From NCBI GenBank assembly GCA_945906305.1, contig CAMDQT010000002.1, forward strand, positions 130,177 to 194,176: a stretch of 64,000 nucleotides of DNA, given 5' to 3'. The translations under genes were made by a program, and so were the position numbers. Positions 36,698 through 49,851 of the stretch are shown in pieces; within the stretch, counting starts at the first letter, position 1, and each line of letters opens with the position of its first letter. Source of the stretch: Ferrithrix thermotolerans DSM 19514 (GTDB lineage Bacteria; Actinomycetota; Acidimicrobiia; Acidimicrobiales; CAIXPF01). The notes beneath the pieces are model-generated. The model was not told the origin of the DNA, searched no databases, and saw only the letters and a list, made by a program, of their open reading frames with translations.

Positions 36698-39131
<2,434 letters not shown>

Positions 39132-39132
<1 letters not shown>

Positions 39133-39524
39133 TGACCCTGCAGGTCGAGTTGGTGTCCCCGGAGGGCATTCTCTTCGAGGGCGAGGCGGACATGGTCATT
39201 GCCCGCACCGTGGACGGGGGCGATATTGCCTTCCTGACCGGCCACGTTTCCTTCGTGGGGACGCTCGCGGCGGGGTTGGTGAAGATCCTGCAGCCCGGAA
39301 ATCACACGCAGCTCATCGCCGCGCACCGCGGTTTTGTGTCCGTTTCCCACGACCGGGTGTCGATCCTGTCCGATGTGGCGGAGCTCGCCGCCGACATCGA
39401 CGTGGCGCGGGCGGAGGCTGCGAAGGCCCGCGCTGAGGAGGCGTTGCTGGCCCGAAGCGACGACGATGAGGCTCGGGCGTCGCTTCGGCGGTCTGAGGTT
39501 CGTCTGCAAGTCGCCCGGGGCTGA
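39132..39524 (+). CDS. atpC: F1 ATP synthase subunit epsilon
   Basis: 130 aa with a beta-sandwich N-terminus (LQVELVSPEGILFEG) and a helical C-terminus. ATG overlaps the atpD stop. Confidence 0.85.
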
Positions 39525-39563
39525 AATCCTGCGGGCGAGCACCAGCGCCACGCACACGGCGTG

Positions 39564-39590
39564 ATGGACCGGTCCAATGGGCCGGTCCAT
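39564..39590 (+). terminator. stem-loop 40 nt after atpC (candidate atp operon terminator)
   Basis: ATGGACCGG / CCGGTCCAT, a perfect 9-bp stem with a 9-nt loop. No U-tract. Confidence 0.45.
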
Positions 39591-39763
39591 GTCGCGTCTG
39601 GGTCGACCGATGGGCCAAAACAGGTGCTTGGGGCGGCCGCAGCGGAATAAACGGTCGATTTGCTCATTGAGATGGGTGTGACGTTGAGGTGTGCTTAGTC
39701 CTCAACGGGTTGAACAGCGCGACGCCACTGCCCGGGCGATGGTGCGCTAGTAGGGGGTCACAA

Positions 39764-40831
39764 ATGCGGGTTCTGGTGACAGGTTCGGACGGCTACATCG
39801 GCAATGTGCTCGTTCCGCTGTTCAGGGCGGCCGGTCACACGGTGATCGGCCTGGACAGCATGCTGTTCGAGGATTGCACCTTCGGGGCGCAAGACGGCGT
39901 CCCGGACGAGATGCTTGCTCTCGACGTCCGTGATGTCACCCCCGAGCACCTCCAGGGCATCGACGCCGTGGTCCATCTTGCTGCCATCTCCAACGATCCG
40001 CTCGGCGATCTCAACCCTGGATGTACCTTCGACATCAACCATCTGGCGACGGTCACCCTGGCTAAGGCAGCCAAGGCCGCGGGGGTGTCGCGGTTGCTGT
40101 ACTCCTCGTCGTGCTCGTTGTACGGGGCGCATGGCGATGAGTTCCTCACCGAGTCTGCCGGCTTCAACCCCGTTACCCCCTACGGCGAGTCGAAGGTGCG
40201 CTCGGAGGCAGACCTGGCGCTGCTGGCCGATGACGATTTCTCTCCGACGTACCTGCGCAACGCCACCGCCTATGGCGTTTCACCGCGGCTGCGAGGCGAC
40301 CTGGTCGTCAACAATCTCACCGGCTTCGCCTTCACCACCGGCAAGGTGTTCCTGAAGTCCGACGGTACGTCGTGGCGGCCGTTGGTCCACATCGAGGACA
40401 TCTCGCGAGCCTTCTTGGCCCTGATGGAGGCGCCGCGAGAGCTCGTGCACAACGAGGCCTTCAACGTGGGCAGCACGGCGGAGAACTACCGGATCCGCGA
40501 TGTAGCCACGCTGGTCGGTAACACGGTGGATGGGTCGGTCATCACCTTTTCCGACGAGGCGTTCAACGATCTGCGTAACTATCGGGTCAACTGCGACAAG
40601 TTGGCCCGAACCATCGGTTTTCAAACTAAGTGGAACGTTCCCGCCGGTATCAGGGAGTTGTATGAGGCCTATCAACAGATCGGCCTCACCCTTGAGGACC
40701 TCGAAGGGAATCGGTACATGCGAATCAAGCGGGTGCGTGACCACCTCGAAGCCGGCCGGCTCGATGCCGACCTGCGTTGGACACGCGCTGATCACTCCCA
40801 GGTTCCAGTTCAAGGGGCGTCGGCCGCGTGA
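39764..40831 (+). CDS. NAD-dependent sugar epimerase/dehydratase (extended SDR)
   Basis: [14 protein letters not shown] (GxxGxxG), SSSCSLYG and the catalytic YGESK (YxxxK). The MRV start was chosen. Confidence 0.85.
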   Translation: MRVLVTGSDGYIGNVLVPLFRAAGHTVIGLDSMLFEDCTFGAQDGVPDEMLALDVRDVTPEHLQGIDAVVHLAAISNDPLGDLNPGCTFDINHLATVTLAKAAKAAGVSRLLYSSSCSLYGAHGDEFLTESAGFNPVTPYGESKVRSEADLALLADDDFSPTYLRNATAYGVSPRLRGDLVVNNLTGFAFTTGKVFLKSDGTSWRPLVHIEDISRAFLALMEAPRELVHNEAFNVGSTAENYRIRDVATLVGNTVDGSVITFSDEAFNDLRNYRVNCDKLARTIGFQTKWNVPAGIRELYEAYQQIGLTLEDLEGNRYMRIKRVRDHLEAGRLDADLRWTRADHSQVPVQGASAA

Positions 40832-42054
40832 GGTGTCGTGTCTGTGGTGTGGTGGGTGTACGGCCCTTTCTCGACCTCGGCAAGATGCCACTCTCCGATG
40901 GTTTGGTTCGGCCCGAGAACCTGCAAGGCCCGGAGCTGACCTTCGCGCTCGAGGTGGCGTTCTGTCCGAATTGCGCCATGGTGCAAATCCTCCAAGACGT
41001 GGCCCAAGAGGTGCTCTTCCCCGAGGACTATCCTTACTTTTCCTCCTTCTCCGATCAGCTGTTGGCCCATTCCCGTCGCCATGCCCTGAACTTGGTCGAG
41101 ACCCGATCCCTCAGTGGGGACAGCCTGGTGGTGGAGTTGGCCTCCAACGACGGGTATCTGCTGCAGAACTTCGTTGAGCTAGGAGTGCCGGTGCTGGGCA
41201 TCGACCCTGCGCCGGCGCAGGTGAAAGCGGCAAATGACAAAGGGGTGCGCAGCATCTGCCGGTTTTTCGGGCTCGAGTTGGCCGAGGAACTTCTCGCCGG
41301 GGGGACCGGCCAGGCCGAGGTGATCATCGCCAACAATGTGTGCGCTCACGTTCCGGACCTCAACGGATTCGTAGCCGGGATGAAGGCCTTGCTCGCTCCC
41401 GGTGGTCTGATCACGATCGAGAACCCCTACGTTCGCGACCTCATCGACCATTGCGAGTTCGACACCATTTATCACGAACACCTGTTCTATCATTCGTGCA
41501 CGGGAATCGCTCGGCTGATGGAACGGCACGGGCTGCATCTCAATCACGTCGAATACTTTGCCGAACTGCACGGCGGCACGCTGCGCTACCACGTGTCCCA
41601 TCAAGCGGGTCGAACTCCTGAACTCGAGGCCTATCTGGCGGACGAGGCGGCGACCGGCGTGGACAGTTTCCGCTACTACGAGGGCTTCGCGCAGCGGGTG
41701 GAGCAGTTGCGGGTCGATTTGCGGGCGTTGTTGAGTTCGTTGCGGGCGCAGGGCCGCACCGTTGCCGCCTACGGCGCGGCGGCGAAGGGATCCACGATGC
41801 TGAACTATGTCGGCATCGACGGTGACCTCGTGTCTTTCGTAGTGGACCGCAACACCCACAAGCAGGGACTACACATGCCCGGCACCCATCAACCGATTCT
41901 GGGCGTCGACGCGCTGGTCGAACAGCGGCCGGATTTCACCTTGATCCTGGCGTGGAACTTCAAGGAGGAGATCATGGGCCAGCAACGTGGCTATACCGAG
42001 GCGGGCGGCCAGTGGATCGTCCCCGTGCCCCACCCTGAGGTCATCGCGTCGTGA
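40828..42054 (+). CDS. NDP-hexose C-methyltransferase-type enzyme (Zn-ribbon + class I SAM MTase + C-methyltransferase C-terminal domain)
   Basis: CRVCG...CPNC N-terminal ribbon, SAM motif [12 protein letters not shown], and a C-terminal [15 protein letters not shown]...[19 protein letters not shown] like TylCIII-type enzymes. GTGA overlap with the SDR gene. Confidence 0.75.
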   Translation: MRCRVCGVVGVRPFLDLGKMPLSDGLVRPENLQGPELTFALEVAFCPNCAMVQILQDVAQEVLFPEDYPYFSSFSDQLLAHSRRHALNLVETRSLSGDSLVVELASNDGYLLQNFVELGVPVLGIDPAPAQVKAANDKGVRSICRFFGLELAEELLAGGTGQAEVIIANNVCAHVPDLNGFVAGMKALLAPGGLITIENPYVRDLIDHCEFDTIYHEHLFYHSCTGIARLMERHGLHLNHVEYFAELHGGTLRYHVSHQAGRTPELEAYLADEAATGVDSFRYYEGFAQRVEQLRVDLRALLSSLRAQGRTVAAYGAAAKGSTMLNYVGIDGDLVSFVVDRNTHKQGLHMPGTHQPILGVDALVEQRPDFTLILAWNFKEEIMGQQRGYTEAGGQWIVPVPHPEVIAS

Positions 42055-43253
42055 ACCGTCCTTTCGCCGATGTCGCCTGCCCGGCGTGCGCCCAGCCGCG
42101 GCTCGAGGTGTTCTTCGAGCAGCGGGCAATCCCCACCAACTCCTGTCTGCTGCTCGACACCCGTGAGGAGGCCGAAGGGTTCCCCCGGGGGGACCTCGAA
42201 CTCGGGTTTTGTCGGAGTTGCGGGTTCATCTCCAACGTGGTGTTCGATGAGGCCGAATACTCCCAACGTTATGAGGAGACCCAGGGGTTCTCGAAGGTCT
42301 TCGTGCAATGGGCTCGTGGGCTGGCGTCGCGCTGGGTGGACACCTACCACCTGCATGGCAAACGGGTGCTGGAGATTGGCTGCGGCAAGGGCGAGTTCCT
42401 GGTGTGGATGGTGGAGGCCGGTGCTGGTCATGGCATCGGCATCGACCCGGGAGTGCACCCCGAACGCATCGACACCACGGCGGACAGCGACCGCTTCACC
42501 TGGATCAAAGATTTCTATTCCGAGCAGTATGCCCACCTCGACGCCGACGTCATCGTGTGCCGCCACACGCTCGAGCACATCGCTCCGGTGGGCGAGTTCA
42601 TGCGTATGGTGCGCGCCGCTATCGGGGATCGGCTCGACACCATCGTGTTGTTCGAGTTGCCCGACGTGAAGCGAGTGCTCGACGAGGTGGCGTTCTGGGA
42701 CGTGTACCACGAACATTGCAGCTATTTCTCGTTGGGTTCGTTGGCCCGGCTGTTCCGCGCCAGCGGGTTCGAGGTGTTGAACCTCGAACTCGACTACGAC
42801 GACCAATACCTCTTGATCGAGGCTCGCCCCAGCGCCACCACGCCCGCGGTCGGCGAGGTCCTGCCCGAGGAGGACGATCTCGCCGCGCTGGCCTGTGGCG
42901 TGGACGCCTATGCCCGCGGGTATGACACGCTGGCCCGCAGTTGGGGGCAGCGGCTCAGTGACCTGCGGGAACGAGGCGGCAAGGCCGTCATTTGGGGGGC
43001 TGGCTCCAAGGGGGTGTCCTACCTCACCAACCTGACCAATATGGGCATGACCGACGAGATCGAGTTCGCCGTGGACATCAACCCCTTCAAGTGGGGCAAG
43101 TTCATGGCAGGAACCGGTCAGCAGATCGTCTCGCCCGAGTTCCTAGTCGAGTACCGGCCCGACCTCGTGGTGGCCATGAACCCCATTTACCTCGATGAGA
43201 TTCGACTGCAACTTGAGGAGTTGGGGCTGCACCCTGAACTTATCGGGGCCTGA
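42051..43253 (+). CDS. SAM-dependent methyltransferase, divergent C-methyltransferase-type paralogue (with Zn-ribbon)
   Basis: CPAC...CRSC ribbon, SAM motif VLEIGCGKGEFL, and C-terminal VIWGAGSKGVSYL...DINPFKWGKFMAGTGQQIV. GTGA overlap with the upstream MTase. Confidence 0.7.
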   Translation: MNRPFADVACPACAQPRLEVFFEQRAIPTNSCLLLDTREEAEGFPRGDLELGFCRSCGFISNVVFDEAEYSQRYEETQGFSKVFVQWARGLASRWVDTYHLHGKRVLEIGCGKGEFLVWMVEAGAGHGIGIDPGVHPERIDTTADSDRFTWIKDFYSEQYAHLDADVIVCRHTLEHIAPVGEFMRMVRAAIGDRLDTIVLFELPDVKRVLDEVAFWDVYHEHCSYFSLGSLARLFRASGFEVLNLELDYDDQYLLIEARPSATTPAVGEVLPEEDDLAALACGVDAYARGYDTLARSWGQRLSDLRERGGKAVIWGAGSKGVSYLTNLTNMGMTDEIEFAVDINPFKWGKFMAGTGQQIVSPEFLVEYRPDLVVAMNPIYLDEIRLQLEELGLHPELIGA

Positions 43254-43287
43254 TCGCACCGGACCCAGTGGCGGGTCGAGGGAGGTC

Positions 43288-44097
43288 TCAACGGATCTTC
43301 AACCCTTCCAAACCTGGTTCGGGGTCGGGATAGCGTAGGCCGAGGCTCTCCAACGTGGACACCACGATCTCGGCCGCGACGAGGTTGCGATACCAGGTAC
43401 GGTCCGCGGGGATGATGTACCAGGGAGCCCACTCGGTTGAAGTCCGGGCCAACATCGCCTCGAAGGCGACTCGGTAGTCAGTCCAGCGGGCGCGTTCATC
43501 GAGATCACCGCGGCGGAACTTCCAATGCTTGGTGGGGTCATCGATGCGCTCCTGGAAACGCACGGCCTGCTCCTCGGGGGAGAGGTGCAGAAACAGCTTG
43601 ATGATGGTGGTTCCCTCATCTGCCAGCATCTTCTCGAACCCATTGATGTGCTCGTATCGCCGCGACCAGATCCGCTCGGGGACTAGGTCGTGCACTGCCA
43701 CCACGAGCACGTCTTCGTAATGGCTGCGGTTGAAGACCGCGATTTCGCCTTTGGCCGGGGCGTGGCGATGAACTCGCCACAGATAGTCGTGGGCGAGTTC
43801 CTCGTCGCTGGGTTGCTTGAAGTTCGCCACCCGGGTGCCCTGTGGGTTCACCCCGCTTAGCAATGCGGCAATGATGGCGTCCTTTCCGCCCGCATCGGGG
43901 GCCTGCAACACCAACAGCAGCCTTTCGGTCGCTCCGGCGAACAACATCCGTTGCAGTTCGGCGATTCGCAGGGCCAATTCTGCGGTACGCGCCCGGCCTG
44001 CGGCCTTGTCCCCCGAGAACCCGTCGGTGCTTCTCGTGGGCACGGCGTCGAGGTCGACCGCGGTTGTTGGTTTGACCCGGAATGATGTCAGCTGCAT
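43288..44097 (-). CDS. ppk2: polyphosphate kinase 2 family (polyphosphate:nucleotide phosphotransferase)
   Basis: LLLVLQAPDAGGKD (Walker A-like), FKQPSDEELAHDYLWRVH, FNRSHYEDV and WYIIPADRTWYRN. The MQLTSF start (ATG 44095-44097) was chosen. Confidence 0.85.
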   Translation of the reverse strand: MQLTSFRVKPTTAVDLDAVPTRSTDGFSGDKAAGRARTAELALRIAELQRMLFAGATERLLLVLQAPDAGGKDAIIAALLSGVNPQGTRVANFKQPSDEELAHDYLWRVHRHAPAKGEIAVFNRSHYEDVLVVAVHDLVPERIWSRRYEHINGFEKMLADEGTTIIKLFLHLSPEEQAVRFQERIDDPTKHWKFRRGDLDERARWTDYRVAFEAMLARTSTEWAPWYIIPADRTWYRNLVAAEIVVSTLESLGLRYPDPEPGLEGLKIR

Positions 44098-44897
44098 GGC
44101 ACTACTCCTGCTGGTGGGGCGAGCTGGGCCCGGCGTCGGTAGCGCAGGTCGAGGACCGGCCGGCCGGCCTCGATCGCCCGGCGTTCGTAATACGTGAGCG
44201 GTCGGTCGGCTCGCCCACCCTCGGCGAGCAGGTCGAGCTGGGGTGTCTCTCCCAGCAGGCAACGCATGACGGCGCCGTAACGCTCATCGTCGGTCGCGAG
44301 CTCGAGCACCCCGTCCGGCGCGAGCACGTCGGCTACGAGTTCGACGAACTTGGCGTCGATCAAACGTCGATTGTGGTGGTGCCGCTTCGGCCACGGGTCG
44401 GGGAAAAACACCCGAACCAATTGCAGTTGTTGCCCGCCGCGTTGAGCGGCAAGCACGGCGCGGCCGTCGCCGTTGACGACCCGAACATTCGCCGCGCCGG
44501 TCTGTTCGAGATCGAGCAGCAGCCGAGCAAGGCTGGCCTTGTGCACCTCGGCGGCAATGACGAGCAGGTCGGGGCGGGAGGCGGCCAGCGCGAGCGCGGC
44601 TTCTCCGGTACCGGCCCCGATTTCGAGCGCTATCGCCTCGAAGCGGGTCAGCTGTGGGTCCTGCGGTCCCAACGCGAACCGGGCGGCCAACTCGTCGAGG
44701 GCCCAACGCTTGCGCACGGTCAAGCGTCCCGATCGTGCATGCCAGCTTGGTATCGCCAGCGTCGCGGGAGGGTCAGGGGGCGCCGCCACGGATGGCCCGT
44801 GACCGCAATAGCCGAGATCGTTCACCGACGGTGCACCGTAGCGCCAAACGCCGAGATCGAGCTTCAGGCATGGCGTCGAGCCCTTGTCGACCTCCAT
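44088..44897 (-). CDS. trmB: tRNA (guanine46-N7)-methyltransferase
   Basis: LEIGAGTGEAALALA SAM motif and FFPDPWPKRHHHNRRL, the TrmB hallmark. Start uncertain (the longest ORF is used). The stop overlaps the ppk2 start by 10 nt. Confidence 0.8.
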   Translation of the reverse strand: MEVDKGSTPCLKLDLGVWRYGAPSVNDLGYCGHGPSVAAPPDPPATLAIPSWHARSGRLTVRKRWALDELAARFALGPQDPQLTRFEAIALEIGAGTGEAALALAASRPDLLVIAAEVHKASLARLLLDLEQTGAANVRVVNGDGRAVLAAQRGGQQLQLVRVFFPDPWPKRHHHNRRLIDAKFVELVADVLAPDGVLELATDDERYGAVMRCLLGETPQLDLLAEGGRADRPLTYYERRAIEAGRPVLDLRYRRRAQLAPPAGVVPCS

Positions 44898-44932
44898 GGG
44901 CTGCGCACCATGGGCTATGGCTCCCTGGCGTT

Positions 44933-46090
44933 TCAGTCGCTGACCGCAGTGACGCTGGCATCGAGGCCGAGGCGGCGGACCTCAGCGGTGACCTCACCCA
45001 CATACAGCGGGTTCATGACCAACACGTGGGTGACCTCGGGGCCTAGCGACGCCGGTGCCGCCACCGCCTGGCCGGTGCCGGGCAGGTGCAAACCCCATTT
45101 GTTGGGGTTGATGTCCACGATGAGGGCGCGATCGGCCCCTGCAATGAGGTTGGCGAAGGTGACGCCTTTGGTGCCCGCCCCCCAGATGGCGACCTCGCCC
45201 TCGGTGCGCATGGCGACCAGGCGGTCCGTCCATCCTCGGCACAGACGTTCGACATGCGCCCCGAAGGCCAGGACCCGTTCGCCGAGCTCAGCCAATTCCG
45301 CCTGCTCCGTGGCATTGGGTGCACTGGGCTGTTGTCCGGCGCGGGCTTCCACATAGAGGTACTGATCGCCGAAGCTTCGGCCGAGCTCGGTCAGCTCAAA
45401 GCCGCTGCGACGGAACAGGGCGCGTAGCGCTGGTGCGGCGAAATAGGAGCGATGCTCGTAGGTGAGGTCCCAGACCGCAGGCTCGGTGACCATGTAGGTA
45501 GCGTCGGGAACCTCGAAATACACCGCGGTCTCCGCGGCTGGAGGGAGCGAGCGGCGCACTCCCTCGACCAAGGCGACGGGGTCGGTGACATGTTCAAGCA
45601 CGTGCTGGCAGAGCACCAGTGAGGCATCGATGGGCCGATCGGTGGGGTAGTAATCGCGCACTATCTCCATACGGCACGAGGTCACGACCTTGGTGCGATC
45701 GGGATCGAAGCTCGGGTCGTAGCCGACACCGAAGTTCTGGCCACGCTCGCACAGCAGGGCCAAAAAGTTGCCTTCGCCTGACCCGATCTCGACGATCTTG
45801 CGCCCGCGTAGGTCGTAGCGTCCGATGAGGCGGTCGGCCAGCGCGGTGGCGAACTCCCGAAAGCGCGCCGAGTGGTGCAGCGAATTCTCGTAGGCGGGGT
45901 TGTACGCCACGAGCGCCGGATCGAACGCCGCGTTCCACAAGTAGCCGGTGGTTGGCGAGTACATCAACGCCAGATCACCCCGGGCGGCGGCCGTGGCTTG
46001 CGCCGCATCGGCATACAGCGCGTTGCAGAACACCGGCAGGTTGCTGAGCGTCACGACCGGCCCGATGGCCGCAGCTTCGAGCCAGCTCAT
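44933..46090 (-). CDS. SAM-dependent methyltransferase, paralogue of 42051-43253 lacking the Zn-ribbon cysteines
   Basis: SAM motif IVEIGSGEGNFL, and C-terminal AIWGAGTKGVTFA...DINPNKWGLHLPGTGQAV colinear with the plus-strand paralogue. The start lies 1 nt after the rfbF stop. Confidence 0.7.
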   Translation of the reverse strand: MSWLEAAAIGPVVTLSNLPVFCNALYADAAQATAAARGDLALMYSPTTGYLWNAAFDPALVAYNPAYENSLHHSARFREFATALADRLIGRYDLRGRKIVEIGSGEGNFLALLCERGQNFGVGYDPSFDPDRTKVVTSCRMEIVRDYYPTDRPIDASLVLCQHVLEHVTDPVALVEGVRRSLPPAAETAVYFEVPDATYMVTEPAVWDLTYEHRSYFAAPALRALFRRSGFELTELGRSFGDQYLYVEARAGQQPSAPNATEQAELAELGERVLAFGAHVERLCRGWTDRLVAMRTEGEVAIWGAGTKGVTFANLIAGADRALIVDINPNKWGLHLPGTGQAVAAPASLGPEVTHVLVMNPLYVGEVTAEVRRLGLDASVTAVSD

Positions 46091-46091
46091 G

Positions 46092-46868
46092 TCAGTCTTT
46101 CCAGACCTTCCATGGCGCGTCGGTGGCCCACAGCTCTTCGAGTCGCTTGCGGTCGCGCACGGTGTCCATGCACTGCCAGAACTGGTAATGGCGGTACGCC
46201 ATCAACTCGCCGTCCTTGGCCAGGTTCGACAGGGGTTCCCGCTCGAACATGGTGTCATCACCGTCGATGTAATCGAACACCGCGGGCTCCATCACGAAAA
46301 AGGCGCCGTTGATCCAGCCCTCGCCGATCTGGGGCTTCTCATCGAAATTGACGATCTGATCGCCATCGAACTCGAGATGGCCGAATCGAGCGGGAGGCCG
46401 CACCGCGGTCAGCGTGCAGAGCTTGCCGTGGGAGCGGTGGAACTCGAGCAGCTTGGAAAGATCGACGTTGGAGACCCCGTCGCCCCAGGTCACCATGAAG
46501 GTGCCGTCGTCACCGATATACGGCTTCAGCCGCTTGATTCGGCCCCCCGTGGCGGTCGGCAGCGCGGTGTCGATGAGATGCACGGCCCAGTCGGGCAGGA
46601 CGGCCTCGCCATGGGGTCGCACCTCCCCGGTGGCGAAGTCGACGGTCATGTTGTGGGCGTAGTGAGCCCGCTCGGCGAACCAACGCTTCACGAAGTCGGC
46701 CTTGTAGCCCAGGGCGATGCTGAAGTCCTTGAAGCCGTAGTGGTGGTAGTAACGCATGATGTGCCAGAGGATCGGCATGCCGCCGATCTCGACCATCGGC
46801 TTTGGGCGTAATTCGGTTTCCTCGGAGAGCCGTGTTCCCAACCCGCCAGCGAGAATGCCAACCTTCAT
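46092..46868 (-). CDS. rfbF: glucose-1-phosphate cytidylyltransferase
   Basis: MKVGILAGGLGTRLSEETELRPKPMVEIGGMPILWHIMRYY closely matches the RfbF N-terminus. Confidence 0.9.
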   Translation of the reverse strand: MKVGILAGGLGTRLSEETELRPKPMVEIGGMPILWHIMRYYHHYGFKDFSIALGYKADFVKRWFAERAHYAHNMTVDFATGEVRPHGEAVLPDWAVHLIDTALPTATGGRIKRLKPYIGDDGTFMVTWGDGVSNVDLSKLLEFHRSHGKLCTLTAVRPPARFGHLEFDGDQIVNFDEKPQIGEGWINGAFFVMEPAVFDYIDGDDTMFEREPLSNLAKDGELMAYRHYQFWQCMDTVRDRKRLEELWATDAPWKVWKD

Positions 46869-47086
46869 GATCGCACCGTGTCCGTTCCGCCGTGTCTGTC
46901 CGCTCGGATAGCCGGTGGCCCCGCTGCGCTGGGATCACCAGGCCTAGCCCAGTCACCGCACGCAGCACTGAGCGTCGCAGCGGTTGAGCCGACCGCGGCC
47001 GTGATCCTCATGGTACCGAGCGCAGGGGATTTCCCCCAGCGTCCGATGGTCCCGGTTTTCGGCTCAGGGTGGTGGCGTGCGCAGGC

Positions 47087-48082
47087 CTAATGGATGGTGA
47101 ATTGGTTGAGCTTGTCGATGCGGTGACGGGCCTGGACCAGCCGTACGGTGCCCGAGCGTGACCGCATGACCAGTGACTCGGTGGTGCAGCCGTCGCGGAT
47201 GAAGTGGACACCTTTGACCAGCTCACCGTCGGTGATACCCGTCGCGGCGAAGAAGCAGTTGTCGGTGGCGACGAGATCGTTGTGGGTGAGGACTCGGTCG
47301 AGGTCATAGCCGGCATCGAGGGCGGCCTTACGCTCTTCGTCGTTGCGCGGCCAGAGCTTGCCCTGGATCTCTCCGCCCATGCACTTGAGGGCAGCCGCCG
47401 CAATGACGCCCTCCGGGGTACCACCCACCCCGAAGAGGATGTCGGCGCCGGAATCGGGCCAGGCAACGGAGATGGCTCCGGCCACGTCACCGTCGGGAAT
47501 GAGGCGGATGCGCGCTCCCGTGGCGCGGACTTCTTTGATGAGATCGCTGTGACGATCCCGATCGAGGATCACCGCCGTGAGGTCTCGAACCGAGCGGCCG
47601 GTGGCCTTGGCCAACCAGCGCAGGTTGGCCGTGGGGCTAGCGCTGATGTCAATGGCGCCGGCACCTTCGGGGCCGACGGCGATCTTTTCCATATAGACGC
47701 ACGGACCCGGGTTGAACATGGTGTCCTTTTCGGCCACGGCGATCACGGCAATGGCGTTGCCGCGCCCCAGTGACGTCAGCGTGGTGCCGTCGATCGGGTC
47801 GACGGCGACATCGACGAATGGCGCATCGCCGTTGCCGACCCGCTCGCCGTTGTACAGCATTGGCGCCTCGTCCTTTTCGCCTTCGCCAATCACGATGATG
47901 CCGTCCATGGAGACGCTCGAAAGCACTTCTCGCATGGCATTGACGGCGGCGCCGTCGGCGCCGTTCTTGTCACCGCGTCCCATCCAGCGGGCTGCGGCCA
48001 TAGCGGCGGCTTCGGTGACTCGAACCAGTTCCATGGCCAGATTGCGGTCGGGTACCTGACTTGAGGCTTCACGAGAAATCAT
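47087..48082 (-). CDS. glpX: class II fructose-1,6-bisphosphatase
   Basis: [47 protein letters not shown] and [15 protein letters not shown]. The MISREAS start (ATG 48080-48082) was chosen over the 444-aa ORF. Confidence 0.9.
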   Translation of the reverse strand: MISREASSQVPDRNLAMELVRVTEAAAMAAARWMGRGDKNGADGAAVNAMREVLSSVSMDGIIVIGEGEKDEAPMLYNGERVGNGDAPFVDVAVDPIDGTTLTSLGRGNAIAVIAVAEKDTMFNPGPCVYMEKIAVGPEGAGAIDISASPTANLRWLAKATGRSVRDLTAVILDRDRHSDLIKEVRATGARIRLIPDGDVAGAISVAWPDSGADILFGVGGTPEGVIAAAALKCMGGEIQGKLWPRNDEERKAALDAGYDLDRVLTHNDLVATDNCFFAATGITDGELVKGVHFIRDGCTTESLVMRSRSGTVRLVQARHRIDKLNQFTIH

Positions 48083-48229
48083 GGGAGCGAACGTTAGTTG
48101 GTGCACGCCCGGAGCTTGGATTGCCAGATCGGTGGGTTGGACATCTTTGGCTGGGCCCCGGGTGTCCGCTGAAGCCAAGGCGGTCCCGATGGGCCGGTTT
48201 CCGCCTCGGGGGCGAGTAGAACGGAGCCC

Positions 48230-49069
<840 letters not shown>

Positions 49070-49107
49070 GCCTGGCTGGGCACGGCTGAGGTGGCGCAGC
49101 ATGGCGG

Positions 49108-49851
49108 ATGCACCAAGGCCCACAGGGGGGTGCCGTGAGTAGTGAACCTTTCGGGCTGGCTGATCTCGAGCTCTACCACTCTCGTCCCATCGCCCCTACC
49201 CGGCGTTTGGCACTTGGTCTGCAATACCTGCCGTCCAACCCCTCGCCGGGGCCGGGGGGGCTGCTGCTGGCCGGTATCGTCGGGCATTTCGCCTCCAGCC
49301 TCAGCGAAGATGACCGGGCCGAGATGGGACTGTTGTTGGCCCAGGTTGAAGTTGGGCTTGCCATTGTGCAGCCGCGGTTGCGTCACCGCTTGCAGATAGA
49401 CAGGGTCGGGTTGCTCAAGTCCCATCACCGGCTCGAACCAGGGGCCCGCGTCCCTTGCTTTGTGCTGGCGGTGGAAGGCGGGTCTCCGCTGGTCAATGTG
49501 CTTGGTGCGGTGTATGCAGCGGGCAACTTACCGGTACCGAATCGGCCCGCGGTCTTCGCTGCGCTCCGCCAGGCTTTGCAATGGACCGGCCTGCTCGATG
49601 AAGGTTTCATCGCCCATGTGAGTTCGCCCGGCGACGCCTCGGTTCCCTGGAGGAGCCTCGGTAACGATCCGCTGGCCTGGGCGCTTGCGGTGCTGGGCTT
49701 GGAGCGGGACGAGGCCCCGACCAACGGTGAAATCCGCCGGGCGTATCGAGATGCCCTGCGCCAGGCCCACCCCGATCATGGTGGGGTGCAAGACGCCGCG
49801 GCGGAGCGGATCGCCGAGTTGGGCGAGGCCCGTCGTATCCTGCTGCGTTGA
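49108..49851 (+). CDS. hypothetical protein with a C-terminal J-domain (HPD motif)
   Basis: The C-terminal LAVLGLERDEAPTNGEIRRAYRDALRQAHPDHGG...AELGEARRIL fits J-domain helices I-III with HPD. The N-terminal ~180 aa are unrecognised. Start is ATG 49108 or GTG 49135 (after GGGGGG). Confidence 0.6.
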   Translation: MHQGPQGGAVSSEPFGLADLELYHSRPIAPTRRLALGLQYLPSNPSPGPGGLLLAGIVGHFASSLSEDDRAEMGLLLAQVEVGLAIVQPRLRHRLQIDRVGLLKSHHRLEPGARVPCFVLAVEGGSPLVNVLGAVYAAGNLPVPNRPAVFAALRQALQWTGLLDEGFIAHVSSPGDASVPWRSLGNDPLAWALAVLGLERDEAPTNGEIRRAYRDALRQAHPDHGGVQDAAAERIAELGEARRILLR

